This document shows, piece after piece, positions 23,864-63,030 of a stretch of 64,000 nucleotides of DNA; position 1 is the stretch's first letter; the number at the start of each line of letters is the position of its first letter. The DNA is taken from positions 6,262,001 to 6,326,000 of the forward strand of contig CM022674.1 in NCBI GenBank assembly GCA_012295275.1. Direction: 5' to 3'. The position numbers were made by a program, and so were the translations under genes. This DNA is from Chrysomallon squamiferum. Taxonomy: Eukaryota > Animalia > Mollusca. Below the pieces are notes generated by a model, which was not told where the DNA came from, made no database searches, and saw only the letters and a program-made list of their open reading frames with translations.

Positions 23864-23927
23864 GGTCTTGTTTTTCTTTATTGTCGTTGTAAATTCGTTT
23901 GGTGGACTGCACTCAGCAACTTTAACA

Positions 23928-31496
<7,569 letters not shown>

Positions 31497-32114
31497 AATC
31501 TAATTAAATAAATATAATTACTCTTGTAGTCTTTCGTTACCTCGTTATACATACACATTATACATATACATACACATACATATACACATACATATACATA
31601 TCCTCATACATAAACATATATATAATCAAAAAAATTAAAAAATTAAAAAAAGAATAAAAATAGCATTTCTCCAGAAGAAGTTTATTTTCATAAATGATTA
31701 TTAATTTTCATTTGCAATGGTCAAATGACATCTGAGAATGTGTCTGTATTTCAGTGAGAGAGACAGAGACAGACAGAGACAGAGACACAGAGGGAAAGAG
31801 AGACAATCACAAGACAGTTAAGTCTGTGGTATTTATCTTGTAAAATCGGTCAGCTCCGTTAAATGCTAAAACAAAAAACGAAAAATACCGAATCGAATCG
31901 AAACGGGCTGAATCGTACAGAAACTGGCCTTAGAAGAACAATTATTGGACTGTTACATTAATTTATTTCAAATGTGCACCCAGTTTAAAATGGCCTGGTT
32001 CCCTTGTCTTATTATTAGATTTATTACCACTCTCCCCCCCCCCAGCCCCCAAACTTAGAGTGATAGCGAGGCTTAGAGTGAGGCAAGGGATCGAGTCTGG
32101 AGTTCAAAGTTCAC

Positions 32115-32393
32115 TGACCTTAACATCTGACCTTAACGTCTGAGCTTAACATCTGACCTTAACGTATGACCTTAACGTATGACCTTAACATCTGACCTTA
32201 ACATCTGACCTTAACATCTGACCTTAACGTCTGATCTTAACGTCTGACCTTAACATCTGACCTTAACGTCTGACCTTAACGTCTGACCTTAACGTCTGAC
32301 CTTAACGTCTGACCTTAACGTCTGACCTTAACGTCTGACCTTAACATCTGACCTTAACATCTGACCTTAACGTCTGACCTTGACATCTGACCT
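32115..32393. repeat. 13-bp minisatellite TGACCTTAAC(A/G)TC, ~21 copies
   Basis: Paralogous to 21771-22023 but about two units longer and with a different order of variants. Confidence 0.95.
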
Positions 32394-32948
32394 GTCTCTT
32401 TACTACTGTAAATATGAAGTTATGGCAAATTAATCTCGGGGTTCATCAGTAAAGATGGCGTAAACTGAACTTTTGAAATTGAATTTAGAATAATATTACA
32501 GAAATGTTAAATTCTATTAATATTATTTAAACTTTACAATGGCAGCAGAATTTTAAATTCAAAATTCAGAGCACAAATATATAAGACAGATTTAAGATGA
32601 CGGAATAGTATTGTCCTCTAGTTTTATTTAGTTGTTCTTTCCGGGTTATTTTGGGGGGTTTTCTGTTGTTTTTGTGTTTTTTTTCTTCTTCTTCTCTTGA
32701 TTCTTTATGAAGCTCTGTGATTCCTTAACTTACATTTATCAGTATCACCGTTAATTAGCTGCACAATCAATAAAAACAAGCGTTTTGGTTAATACTCATA
32801 ACGTCAGCCTCTTTTTCAAACTGGTGGTGTCAGGATTAGAAGCAGGAAGTTTTGCATTGTGTCACGCTCTGTTGTTGTCATCATCCTCCTGCTCCTCCTC
32901 CTCCTCCTCCTTCTTCTTCTTCTTTTTCTTCTTCTTCTTCTTCTTCTT

Positions 32949-32980
<32 letters not shown>

Positions 32981-34131
32981 CAGTATTATTTATCAGTTAC
33001 TATTACAGCAATACAGAACAAGACACTACAGAAAATAAACTTTAAGTACTTTTGACAAAATTCTCGTCTGGACGTGTATGATTTAATTAGCAAATTGATA
33101 ATCTTGTAATATCTATAAATAGTGTTAACCACCTCCTGTCAGATCACTGTATTAAAAAAAAAAATAATAATAATTGTTGACCTATTCCCCAATACGTAAA
33201 ATTTTAAGGTCTTCAAGAGATACTTTTTGTTTTCAGTATTATCTGAAGATATCGTTAGAGATTTGTTTTTCATCTCTTAACACAAAATTTCAAGTTTCAA
33301 CCGCATCATTGTTACTCATTGAACAAGGAAAGCATTTGGAACTGAACGATCACAGAGAAAAATGTTGTGTAAACTGGATGACACTGAAGATGAATTTCAC
33401 TTTGTAGTAATATGTGCATTGTATTTGCATTTTCTTGTACTGTGCTTAAAATAATACTACTACTAATAATACTAATAATACTAATAATAATTAAATAAAT
33501 AAATAAACAACAACAACAACAACAACAATAATAATAATAATACCAGTTATGACCATCTGTTTTTAAATTAATACAGTTACTGTCTGTTCAGAAAAGACAA
33601 CAACTTTTTAACCTTAGAAATTATTTTAAAACGCGACATTTATAACTGTCTATCGTCCAAATACACATCACGTGTTCAGCTTTATGCTGACGATTATTTG
33701 AATATGACGTGTAATGTTCTGTGTACTTGTTTGCTTATGAGCAACACAGCTTAAAGAAACTAAACTACTATTACGTTTAAATTACTACATAATTAATATA
33801 CGAAGTGATTGCTACCAACAATACATGACTGATAAGCTGTATCTACTTGCCGCCAATAGAAAAGTAACTGCAAGGCAATGCTGATGACGTCAATTCCAAA
33901 TTAATAAATTTCGGTTTTTATTTTGTTTGTTTTTTTCTAGTGCATCCCTTTCGGCTGCCATAATTGATAAACCTTATGAGTTTATTGAACTGATTTCATC
34001 ATCACTTGTTTTTGTGTTTTTTTTTCATTAAATATTTTATCTCGAATTTTCATCGTCTGTTCCTTTGCGATATTATATGAAACAACTGATAATAATAATA
34101 ATTGAAAAAAAACAAAAACAACCTGTTGGAC

Positions 34132-34138
34132 TATAAAA
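34132..34138 (+). promoter_or_regulatory. TATA box of GH9 copy C
   Basis: TATAAAA about 70 nt upstream of ATG 34203; promoter essentially the same as copy B (CRE at 33885-33892). Confidence 0.6.
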
Positions 34139-34202
34139 GGTCTTGTTTTTCTTTATTGTCGTTGTAAATTCGTTTGGTGGACTGCACTCAGCAACTTTAA
34201 CA

Positions 34203-41821
<7,619 letters not shown>

Positions 41822-41899
41822 AACTAAATTCTGACTAAATAAAAAAATAATAATAATTCTTGCAATCTTACCTTACTTTATTTCACATAAACATAAATA

Positions 41900-41942
<43 letters not shown>

Positions 41943-42869
41943 ATCAAACAAACAATAAATAAAAATACTATTTCACCAGAAGGAGTTTGTTTTCGTTTCT
42001 GTTTACTGTGTTGTAGCTAGTGGGGGGGGAGAGGGCGGGGGCGCTGTCTCACAAGGGCGCAGGCGCGGAGGTTTTTTTTTTAAATGTCTATTTTTAATTT
42101 AATTATTTTTTTTTAAATTTTTAATTATGTACTGTTTTTATTGTAGGTTTTTTTAGTTTTTTTTTTTGCGTGATGATATTGGGGGTCTATGTTTTCCCTG
42201 GGAAAAAATGAGATTTGAATCTTTATTTCAGAAGATAATAAAACGCAAACTATTTATAATTAGCTACTTCACTGTGTCTGTCTCTCTGGAAATTAACACA
42301 AGGTTTGATTCCTGACTTTGCATACAGATATTTTTATTCTCTTTTCAGTGATAAAACATTCGAATTCATCAGTGAAATTGTCCCGAAGTTTATGACTTAA
42401 AAAATTAATAATAATAACAATCTTTAAAAAATATAAAATTATTTTGTTTTTTTACAATGTAATAGTACTTTCAAAAGCTACTTATAGAATTTGGTGATGT
42501 GAATGTAAATATAGAAAAAGGTGAATTTCACTAGGATGAGATTTAAGAAATGAAAAGATGTTTATGAGAGCCTGTTTGAATATGGGACTAGACCTTATGA
42601 AAAAATGTCAAACTAAAGAGTAGACTGAATAAGGAAGTTTGTACTGAGTGACATATGTTATTATATATTACGTACGTACAAACCAAGTTTCAATCATGAC
42701 ATGTTTAACTGTTGCCTCTAACACTAACTAAACACACTGATTCCATCATACTCTTCTCCAGTATTCAGTACCACGATATTGCTACAATCTCTAAACAAAA
42801 CAAAAAATTAATAGTAATAATAAATAAATAAAATAATATATAAATAAATTAACAAATAAACAAACAAAA

Positions 42870-42928
<59 letters not shown>

Positions 42929-42944
42929 ATATATAAATAAATAA

Positions 42945-42995
<51 letters not shown>

Positions 42996-43168
42996 TTAAA
43001 ATAATAATAACAATAATGAAAAAAAATTAAAAGGTAAACACTAAGAAACTAAAAAACCGAAATCTTTAATTTCAGGCAGTAAAAAAAAATAAAATAAAAA
43101 CCAGTTAAAAAATTTCAAGTTTCAAAACACAGTCTGTAACTAACATTATTATTATTATTATTATTATT

Positions 43169-43238
<70 letters not shown>

Positions 43239-43670
43239 TTATTATTATTGTTATTATTATTATTATAGTTGTTGACGTTGTTGTTGCTGTTGTTGTACTT
43301 GATGCTGTTGTTCATTGTCGTACTGATGTTTTATTACTTCTTGACACGTCAACACGCCGGTTTCACATTTCACGATAATGGGTTTCTGTCGTAAACATGA
43401 AGATTGTTGACATTATTTGCAAGACGTGAAAAGCCTCTGCAAGTTAATAACGACAAATGATGTCAATAAACTGAATTTATGTATCAGAAGAAAAAAACAA
43501 AAAACGTCTACTCAAGATTATAAACGTAAAGGTGAAAATGCAACGCCTCTTTAATGGAAGAACTTTAATAATTAGGTGATTTACAACATAAAACTTTACT
43601 TAGAAGTTACAGGAACAAAAATAGAATACGTACATAATAAAAGCAGCACTGAAATAAGCATTCGTGTCTC

Positions 43671-51994
<8,324 letters not shown>

Positions 51995-52498
51995 AAACAT
52001 AATTTTATTATTTCAATAAAGTAATATAAATACTCTCTTTTGAGTTTTGTTTATTACAGTAACCACTTCTGTGTTAGCTTTGTTTCAATCAGAGAACAAA
52101 AAAAGTGTTAAACAAAAATTATATATATATAAAACTAATTTTTTCGCCATCGTTAACGATTATTTTGTCATTTGTAAAGATAAAATTCAAATTCAAAGCA
52201 CATCCCACAGATACGCACACACGCACACACGCACAGACATGAAATTCCTGTAGAAATGGAAACTGCATGTTGTTGTTGTTATTATTATCATTATGATTAT
52301 TGTTATTTTATAATGATGATGATGATTATTATTATTATTATTATTATTATCATCATCATTATTATTATCATCATCATTATTATTATTATCATTATTATTA
52401 TCGCCAAATCTACTACTGCTGTTGTTATTATTTTTGTGTTTTGTAATTGTTGTTTCAGCTCTTGATGTTGTTATTAATATTCTTCATCTTCTTCTTTA

Positions 52499-52547
<49 letters not shown>

Positions 52548-52811
52548 GTTATTGTTATTGTTGTTGATGATGATGATGTTGTTGTTATTGTTATTATCAT
52601 TATTATATGTATTACTGCCACCACTACTACTACTGCTACTACTACTACAACTACTACTTCTACCATCACTACTACAACAACTACTACAACTACTACGACT
52701 ACTACTACTACTACTACAACTACTACAACTACAACTACTACTACTACAACTACTACTACCAGTATTACTTCTATATAAGCTGACTACCAAGGTGACCTGA
52801 CACAGACTTCA

Positions 52812-52885
52812 CTGTGACGAGATTTGAACTCGCGAACTTTGACGTCTTTCTAAATGGACCGATGATTCACCTGCGTCAGCCATGT
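52812..52885 (-). mobile_element. tRNA-like fragment, possibly the head of a tRNA-derived SINE
   Basis: Minus strand has a canonical T-arm/B-box GCGAG-TTCAAAT-CTCGT (52817-52833) and an A-box-like TGGCTGACGCAGG ~35 nt upstream; no acceptor stem or anticodon arm recognisable. Confidence 0.33.
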
Positions 52886-53720
52886 TTGTGATCGATGAAT
52901 TCATCAAACACGAAGGCAGCGAATTATATTAAATATATAATATCTCTCTCTCTCGTCAATCGATAAGTTTCAAGGCCAAAATGTGTCTGAACTGAGAAAA
53001 CATCAAAGTTCTCTGAAAATTCGAGTGCGGTGAAACAAATGGCTGGAGAAATAAAATATGACAATGATGATAATAATAATAATAATAATGACGATGATGA
53101 TGATAACAACAACAACGACAACAATAATAATAATAATACTAACAATAGTTTATGGTAAAAGCACGTCAGAATTAAAAACATAATAAATAGGAAAGGAAAG
53201 TAAATTGATTTTTAATAAATCATCACTTCCTGGTTTTGTCGAAACACAAATCTTTCGCAATTTGCAAAATCTGTACAGGAAAATGATAGTATTAAGAAAA
53301 TAACAAAATTTATTTTTAGATTCTCATTTTTTTTTTTTTTAATTTGCTGCTGTCCCCTTCTTGATTCTTTTCCTTTTTCTATGTTTTTTCTTTCTTTTTT
53401 ATGCTTTTGGTTTGTTTTTGTTTTTTGTTTTATTAGAAAGAATTAAATTATTTTTATATTTCGTTAAATACATTTACAACAAAGTAACAGCTTCATGGAA
53501 ATAATTATTAAATAAAATAAAATCAATATAATAAAACAAATAATTTGTAAAGAATGTGTAAATTTATTAAGTCATAAACAGATAAATTTAGCAAGTATAT
53601 GTGAGTGAAAAATAAATAAAACAATAAATAAATAACTAAACAGGCAAACAAACAAACAAAACAAAGATATAAATAAAAAAGCGTCTACTACGTGAAAAAA
53701 TTTTTTCATTAATTTGTGTG

Positions 53721-54371
<651 letters not shown>

Positions 54372-55074
54372 TGCAATTATCATACTGTCTTTGTTTCGAG
54401 ATAAGCAGGTGGTGGTTATGTAATTACGTCTCTAGAAATCTCTCACCAAATTAGCAACACCATCAAATCTGATCGAGTCCGCCAGCTTGCATCCACTGCT
54501 GAAACCCTTTCCGCTCCGTTCTAACAGCTCACACGACATTCAAAGTGATCCGAGGCTACTGACTTCTTCGTTTGTGTGGCTCATCAAATGTGATTGCTTT
54601 TTGCACCGTTCTCTCTCTCTCTCTCTCCATCTCTATCTCACTATCTCTATCTCTGTGTGTCTCTGCAGATCGATCAACATTTTTAACAATTCCGGAACGT
54701 TTTATCGTGAAAGAAGAAGAATACAAAAAAAAAATACAAAAATCAAGCGAAAGGTTGCGTCAAAACGCCGTCACCAAAAAAACGCAGTACACTCGTTCGT
54801 ACGAAAAGTCTCCCGGAAAAACGTCAAACTCGAAATCGTGATTTTCGAGGGTTTTTTTTTTTTTTTTTTTGGTTTGACTTAATCGGATTTCGCAACAGAA
54901 CAACGGAATTTGAGAACAGTTACAGTTAAACGAGGTCTTGAAGAGATTCTGGATTACCGACAGCTACCAGGGACTCGGGAGAAAAGCCGATAAATCACTG
55001 CAAATAAGAGTCAACAATTTTGAACAAAGAGCACAGAGAGAAAAGAAAAAAAAAAAAAAAATCAAAACAACAAC

Positions 55075-55130
55075 ATGGCGACGCCATACTTTGACAGCAC
55101 GAAATTTGTGTGCGCACGTTATGCTCTCAG
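55075..55130 (+). CDS. Possible first coding exon of an unidentified gene (MATPYFDSTKFVCARYALR)
   Basis: CAACATGGCG start context and CAG|GTTAGT donor, preceded by a CpG-rich, CCGGAA-containing stretch (54480-55070). No downstream exon identified. Confidence 0.33.
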
Positions 55131-56242
55131 GTTAGTGTGTTTTGTATTCTTTACTTTTTTTTTTTTTTTTTTTTATTAATGTCCCTAGCGATCAGGGATC
55201 GATACTCAACAGCAGCAAATCAGATTAATTCACATAGTACGTTCTCTTCCCTGTTTACACAATCGTTATTTGTTTACTGTAGAGTTCTGACTAAGTTTTG
55301 TGCATACCAGTGTTTCACTTGATATCGTTGTGTTTATAAAAGTCATATATATATTTATTGTTCATGAAATTACTTTTTAATTTAACTTGTGTCTACATAT
55401 TTGTGCATATTCACGCGAACACATTCTCTTGTGATAGTTTAATTGTTTAAATTACGAAGATATTTATCTTCTTTTTTTTTCTTTAATTTTTCTGTCTCTG
55501 TTTCAGTAGATGGTATCATTCTATTTATAACAACAATAAATAATGTTTCTGTTTTTTTTTTAATTACCTACATTTATCTCGCTTCTGTTTGTGTACGTAT
55601 GACTATTTCATGCCCAATTATTCTCTTTACAAAAGTGACGTTACTAAAATTTACGATCAAATTGCTTCCATTTATATTTTATTCTCATTAACGTCGGCTT
55701 ATCTGCTTTTGTTGTTAATACTTAAAATAATACATTCATTGTAGCTATTTTGCTTTTTAAAATTTATTTGTATATTTCTCTTCACCTCTTGACCTATCTC
55801 TCTATCTGTGTATTCATCTATCTCTCTCTCTTTTTTTTTGTCTCTGTCTATATCTATCTATATCTATCTATCTATCTATCTATCATGTCCATGTATCTAT
55901 CTCTGTATCTATCTATAAATAATATCTATCCTTTTATCTATGTTACTCTAATAAATATCAAATTAATGTAAAAATCGTTTCATAAACTATAAAACGTTAT
56001 TGAATGTTACTGAAAAATGATGGTTTCAGAGGGACTGATGGCTATCTTATCGTTGGTTACCATGGCAATAAGCGTCACAGAGGAGTTGTTCAGTTATTAG
56101 TGTAGTTTATCTTTTCTGTTAAAAATAATTTTATCTGATATTACTGCAGTTAATCATTGAACTATTACTAGTACTATTAGTACTGCTAATACCGGTACTA
56201 CAATACACAACTGTTAGCACTACTAGTAGGCCTAGCAGTAGC

Positions 56243-56294
<52 letters not shown>

Positions 56295-56709
56295 ATAGTA
56301 GTAGTAGCTGTAGCAACAGTAGTATGGTGGTAGTAGTAGTAGCAGTAGTAGTAGTGGTGGCAGTAGTATAGCATTAGTAGTAATAGTAGTGGTGGTGGTA
56401 GTAGTAGTAGTAATAGTAATAGCAGTAGTAAAAATGCTATTATTATAACGTTAACTACTATTACAACCATTTCAAATGCTTCCACTACCACTACTAATAC
56501 TACTACTGCTATTACTACTGCTATTACTACTACTACTACTACTGCTGCAGCTGCTAGTACTATTACTACTTCTGTTACAAGTGCTATCACTACGTTTAAC
56601 ACAATCATTAGTACCACTACACCAGAAGTACTACAACTATTAGTAGTATTGTTACTTCTATTTCTGCTTTAATAATACTACTATTATTGGATAGATTATT
56701 TTACTACTA

Positions 56710-56742
<33 letters not shown>

Positions 56743-57817
56743 TTACTACTATTACTATTATTATTATTCATATTTTTACTATTACTACTTTACTACTACT
56801 ATTACTATTTTTACTATTACTACTTTACCTACTACTACTATAACGACTACTGCTGCTACTACTACTACTGCTACTACTACTACTATCTATTACTAACACA
56901 AATAACAATAACTACTACAACTATCACTGTTACTACTACCGTCACTTCAAATACTGCGGGTTACTACTACTACGACTACTTCTGCCCTCCGTTTATATTT
57001 CGTTTACGAAACCTATTTTTCTGTTTCAACAGTTTTCATCATTACGTATTTTTCTCGCCTACTTTTATGAGCTGTCTTTAGGGATGTCACAGTAATGACA
57101 TAGTACACGAAACAACGAGAAAGATTAAATTTAAAAATCAATACACCTGCAATGTAACTCCTACACGCAACGCGATATAGAACATACAGAGGTTATACTG
57201 TCTTGTCCTTATGATGTATACTTTATTTTATTTCGTTTCATTTTGTTTTGTTTCGTGTTGTTTTGTTTTGTTTTGTTTTGTTTTGTTTTATTTTATGTTA
57301 TTTTATTTATTTATTTATTTATTTATTTATTATTATTATTATTATTTATTATTATTATTATTATCATTACCATTTACTATTATTGTTATTGCTGTTATTA
57401 TGATTATTATAATTTACTATTAATTTTATTAATTTTATTATTATTATTATTAATTTTGTTTATGTTATTATTATTGTTGTTGTTGTTCATTTCATTTTAT
57501 TATTTAATACTTTCTTTTAACATTTCTTAATTTATTTTACTTCTTTCGTTTTCTCTTCTTTACTTGCTTCCTTTTTCTTTCTCTCTTACCTTCTTTTATT
57601 CTCAAAGATGGTACCTTTCTTTCATCTGAATTCTTTTTTTTTTTTTTTTTTTTTTTTTTCTTCTTTCCTTTTTCTGTCTTCCTTTTTTTTTTTCTTGGTT
57701 TCGCTTTTTCTATGTGAAATCTCACAAATGATTATTTCATTAAAATTTCTTTTTTCCTTTAATTCTTTCTTCTTTTTTTCGTTCTTTTTAAAATTTTCTT
57801 TCTTATTTCTTCTTCTT

Positions 57818-57848
<31 letters not shown>

Positions 57849-57854
57849 TTCTTC

Positions 57855-57894
<40 letters not shown>

Positions 57895-58693
57895 CCTTTC
57901 TTTTTATGAATATTGAAAATTTTTTTTTTTTTAATGCTTACTTATATAACATTACTACTTTCCTTTCTTCTTTCTTGGTCCAATACATCTTTCATTCCTC
58001 ATCCTTTCCTTCTTTCCTGTCTTTTCTTTTTCCTTCTTTCTTTCTTTACTTCTTACGCTATACAAACTTAAACCCAGCAAACCTAATACACCTTCTGATA
58101 ACAACGCTCGCGAATGTACTAACAGCAAATTAAGTTATTTCTTGATGACATGGCACGAAGCAGAAAAACTGATATAAATGGATCGTGTTAAAGGTCTCTA
58201 ATTTTTTTTACAGGACAAAATATTTACTTTCTTAGATATCTTACAGTAAACTGATATAAAGGAGTCCTGTTAATCAAATGAGCTGATGCGACGTTATTGA
58301 GTTTAGGTTATAAATAAGCTGTCCTGTTGGACACAGAAATTAATATCTGGTCTCAGACATTTTTGGGGAAAAACTCTTTTGTGATGAAATAAGAAATAAT
58401 GGGCAATTTTTTTAATCAAGAAATAGGTTGATGTTCGTAGTGATAAATCGGGTACGGCGATTTTTAGAAAAGAGGGAAAAACAGAAAAGAGAAATGGAAA
58501 CAGAGATAGTGTGGAAAAGGAAAGAGACATATGAGCGAAAAGCAGAACGACAAAGAGAGAGAGAAGGGAGAAAAGAGAGAAACAAAGAAAACGAGAGAAA
58601 GAAAAAGTAGAAAACGAGAAAGTAATAAAAAGAAGAAAGACAGATGGAATTGGAAAGAAACATAAACAGATATAGAGAAAGTGAGTGAACGAT

Positions 58694-58765
<72 letters not shown>

Positions 58766-58839
58766 AAGACATCAGTATGAAAAATGGCCGATGTTCGTGG
58801 AATTGCACCGGGTGGAGGGAGCGAGGGAGGGGAGGGGAG

Positions 58840-58938
<99 letters not shown>

Positions 58939-59239
58939 AATAAAATAACGACAACACACAATGAAAAATAGCCGGTGTTGGTCGAATGGCCCCGGGTTGT
59001 GTTAACTCAATTATCAGGTAAGTGATCTCTGCTATTACCGCGTCTCTCAGACAATGTCTTCTGCCATAAACAGATTACTTTGTGTTTCTGATAACATTAG
59101 CTCCGTGTGATCAGGGTTCCCCGGGAAAGGCCATCAGAATCCAGTGGTCAAAGCCTTAAGACATAAACTGGACGCTTTTGTGTGTCGAAGTATGCGTGCG
59201 TTTGTTTCTGAGTGTAACTTCGTTTTTTTCGCACATAGC

Positions 59240-59370
59240 TTTATGTTAAGAATACGTTTGTTTTGTGTATATGTTTATGTTAAGAATACGTTTGTTTTGT
59301 GTATATATTTATGTTAAGAATACGTTTGTTTAATATATGTTTATGTTAAGAATACGTTTGTTTTGTATAT
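59240..59370. repeat. ~34-bp tandem repeat, 4 copies
   Basis: TTATGTTAAGAATACGTTTGTTTTGTGTATAT(G/A)T repeated four times with one internal deletion. Confidence 0.85.
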
Positions 59371-59453
59371 ATCTTTACGTTTCTTTTGAGTATGTTGTTG
59401 TTGTTATTATTATATCTTTTCTTCTTCTTCTTCTTCTTCTTCTTATTATTATT

Positions 59454-59505
<52 letters not shown>

Positions 59506-59932
59506 GCTGTTATTATTATTAGTATTATTATTACTGTGTCACACTCTTACAAACTGACGTCTTCCTGTCATTATTTCGTTACAGACCAAATTAAAAAATA
59601 AAAAAAAAAAAATGATCATGAATCCACTTATCTCTTTTTCATTCAATTCGTTAATAACCCTCAATTTCATTTCTGGCACTCCGGAAATTTGTCTTTAATA
59701 TTCATACAGCGACGTCAACAGCAGAGAAACGTGAAACGTAGATGCTAATTACTTAATTGACAGGAATTAGGTCTAAAAACCTCCACTGCCAGCGCGTATT
59801 CAAAAGAACTAAAAGCACATACCGCCTACACAACTGCCAGTCAGTGTTTACCTGTCAGCGTCGTAATATTTCTACGTCCATATTTACTTGCGTGTTCATC
59901 TGGCTGTTTATCTAATGTGTGTCTATGTCTGT

Positions 59933-60016
<84 letters not shown>

Positions 60017-60080
60017 TCTCTCTCTCTGTCTGTCTTTCTCTTAGTCCCTCTCTCTCAGTGTCTCTCTCTCAGTCTCTCTC

Positions 60081-60207
<127 letters not shown>

Positions 60208-60729
60208 GTCCCTATTTATCTATCTATCCGGTTTCTCTGACTCTCTCTTCTCACAAATAAAACAAAAACCAAAAACAATTTTTGAGAATTTAAACACACT
60301 CATTATTCTATCTTGTTGTAACTGAAAAGACACACCATATTTCTAAACAAAATATCAACTTTCCTACCTACACGTCACATCGGTTTTTAACTTTAAATAC
60401 AGAAAATGCCTCACAATGTTAAAAAGAGAGCTTAACATTAACTGTTCTTATACGTTGACCGTAGACTCTTCATAACTTGTTATTCAGTGTGTGACATTTA
60501 CTGTTTTAATACAACTCTTCACCCAATCACTTGTATTCTTTAGATATATATAAAAGAAATGTAACTGCAAATGTTACAGATTATATAGTTCATTAAATCT
60601 ACAAGAATTCTAACATTACAGTTTATTTAATAAACTATAGATAATATATATATGATGAAAAGAAGGGAACACATTTTATTTTTCTGATAATCTTTTATAT
60701 ACACGAACACACACACACACACACACACA

Positions 60730-60773
<44 letters not shown>

Positions 60774-61362
60774 ATAAAATCGCATATTTGATGTAAAACA
60801 CCAACCTCTTCACCCCGCCGCATTATGTAAATAATCCTTTGGACGTAAAAGCCTGTACCACCCGAACCAGCTGATACTCACCTTCTACTCATAAACAAAC
60901 ATTTTGAACGTCACTGGCAGATCCTTTTGTTTCCTTGTACTAGCCACTTTCTTTTCTTACGGAATTCACCGAAGTTTACCGGATGATGACGTTTGAAAGC
61001 GAACTCGGTGGAAATCAACAAATTACAGACACTCGACTTGTTACTGACGTTTTATTCATGAAATTTATTCATGAAACCGTACACGTGTGAATGCCTTTGT
61101 CATGTTTCGTTTGCATGTCATAATAATTAGAATAAATCGCGACGTTTTTGTCCTTCAGATTTTGTCAGCAAATATTAGTTTAAGAATTTACCAAATTGTT
61201 GTTATTTTTATTAGAAGTTGTCATTTATTTTATTATATTTTATTTTATTTTATTTAAATTGCATTGGAAAAAAAAATTCTCGAGTCCACAAAAATATTGA
61301 CTAAAATGAATTTAGTGTGTAAAGTTTAAATATACTTCAACTTCAACAACAACAACAACCCT

Positions 61363-61404
<42 letters not shown>

Positions 61405-61500
61405 AATAATAATAATAATAATAGTATTAAGAGTAGAAGAAACAGTAGTAGAAGTCGTAGTAATAATAATAATAATAATAGTAGTAATAGCTGAAGTAAC

Positions 61501-61534
<34 letters not shown>

Positions 61535-61914
61535 CGTCGTCGTCGTCGTCATCATCATCACCACCACCACCATAACCAAAATTTTCGTCCGTTCTGAATA
61601 TATTGTTTACTGATTTAAACAAATAAAACAACTGCGTCCTTGAATTACTAATTTTAGCCATATTTCCATTTATCTGCAAACTGTTTGTCTAACAACAAGA
61701 CATCTCAGATTCTCTCTTTCTTTCTATTTTTTTATATATTAATCTTCGTTCCTATGAATAAAACGAATCCAGAAATTATTATCGACTTCTCCTGTTTGTC
61801 CCCAGAGACGAACTGTTTACTGTTCTAGTTTCACTGACCTTACAACTAATTTCAGCGACTGAAAGCAGCTGTATTTGTGTAAACAACCTTTTTTGTACCG
61901 AGCACTGATACCTG

Positions 61915-62410
61915 CTTGCATATTGATTCTTAACACGTCTTTCGTATATATTAACATTTGATACCTATTTTTATATTGTTTGTTGACCCATTTATTACAT
62001 AAACAGTCGATACGTTATTTTTATGCTGATTCTTTTACATGTAAATATTTTATATTCACATTTCATTGATATTTTGAAATTGTTTCTTAACATGTATTGT
62101 TATATAGTTTGTTAACACGTATTCTATGTTAACAGTTGATGCATATTTTTATAGTGATACGTTTTTATATTTGTGATTAATACGCATTTTGATATTCATG
62201 ATTAATGCCTATTTCTTTTTTATTAATGGCAGATGTGTATTTTTGCATTCTTCATTAACAGGTATTTTGTTTATTGAAGGTTAAAATGTAATTTTATGTT
62301 GATTGTTAATACGTATGTTACATCGTATTTTAATATCAGTTATTAACGCTTATTATTATATTGATTGTTAATGCGAATTTTAATATTATTGGTTAATTCA
62401 TAAACTTATT
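61915..62410. repeat. Old degenerate ~23-bp minisatellite
   Basis: Recurring ATATTGATTGTTAA(C/T)ACGTATTT-like unit with heavy decay. Confidence 0.5.
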
Positions 62411-62415
62411 GATAG

Positions 62416-62454
<39 letters not shown>

Positions 62455-62559
62455 CTCCAGTCAGTGATTTCATCAAATCCTTATATAACCATTCAACCAG
62501 TAGTAATTACATCAGAGTTTTATTACATGCAGAAGAATTATACCAGGAACCAGTCACAC

Positions 62560-63030
62560 CTAAGTCTGTTAGGTTCATTGGCCGATATTGCCAGCGATCG
62601 CTGGTTTTGTATCATACGTCCACTTCCGCTGTCCGGTCAACGAAATTCTAGCATTTCTCCGTTTTAGTAATAAATCTTAGCGAACCAAATCAACAGACAC
62701 GACGTAGTTTTGTCCAGCGCATTTATTCCCTCGTTTGTAATAAAACTAATACCTCGGCCCTGGGTCTCAGCTTCTAGCTCTTCAGTTTCCATTACGTTTT
62801 GTTCAAAATAAACAAGGTTTCGGCGTGTGAGGTTCTTGACTCTGGAAATAAAGATTGAGCCAGAAGAAACATCCAGGTTGATCTTCTCGCCGTTCTTCCA
62901 GTTCATTTCCAGCTTCCGGCTTTCTGCGCGCTTCTTTCCGGCTCGCTTAACAGCGTAACCAGTGCAACTTCCGGTCTGAACCGCGCGCACTAAAAAGCGG
63001 AAGTTACTTAGTAATGGAAGTTGACGGAGT
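62560..63030. promoter_or_regulatory. CpG/GC-rich promoter-like island with clustered ETS-type motifs; possible minus-strand first exon ending at 62753
   Basis: Several CTTCCG/CGGAAG motifs and many CpGs against an AT-rich background; minus-strand METEELEAETQGR followed by G|GTATTA donor-like sequence. Confidence 0.4.

Larger units (their letters stand above)
21155..23927. repeat. Intergenic spacer A-B, near-identical to spacer B-C (31497-34202)
   Basis: Collinear along its whole length: 3' UTR, 13-bp minisatellite, (CTT)n tract and promoter; differs only by scattered substitutions and microsatellite length. Confidence 0.93.

Noticed and set aside
52812-52885. Functional tRNA gene
   Set aside because: Only the T-arm folds; no acceptor stem, D-arm or anticodon arm could be formed.
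58755-59000. Two similar ATGAAAAAT..GCCG.TGTT..CCGGGT segments (58777 and 58961)
   Set aside because: A small decayed local duplication next to (GA)n tracts with no coding or structural support.
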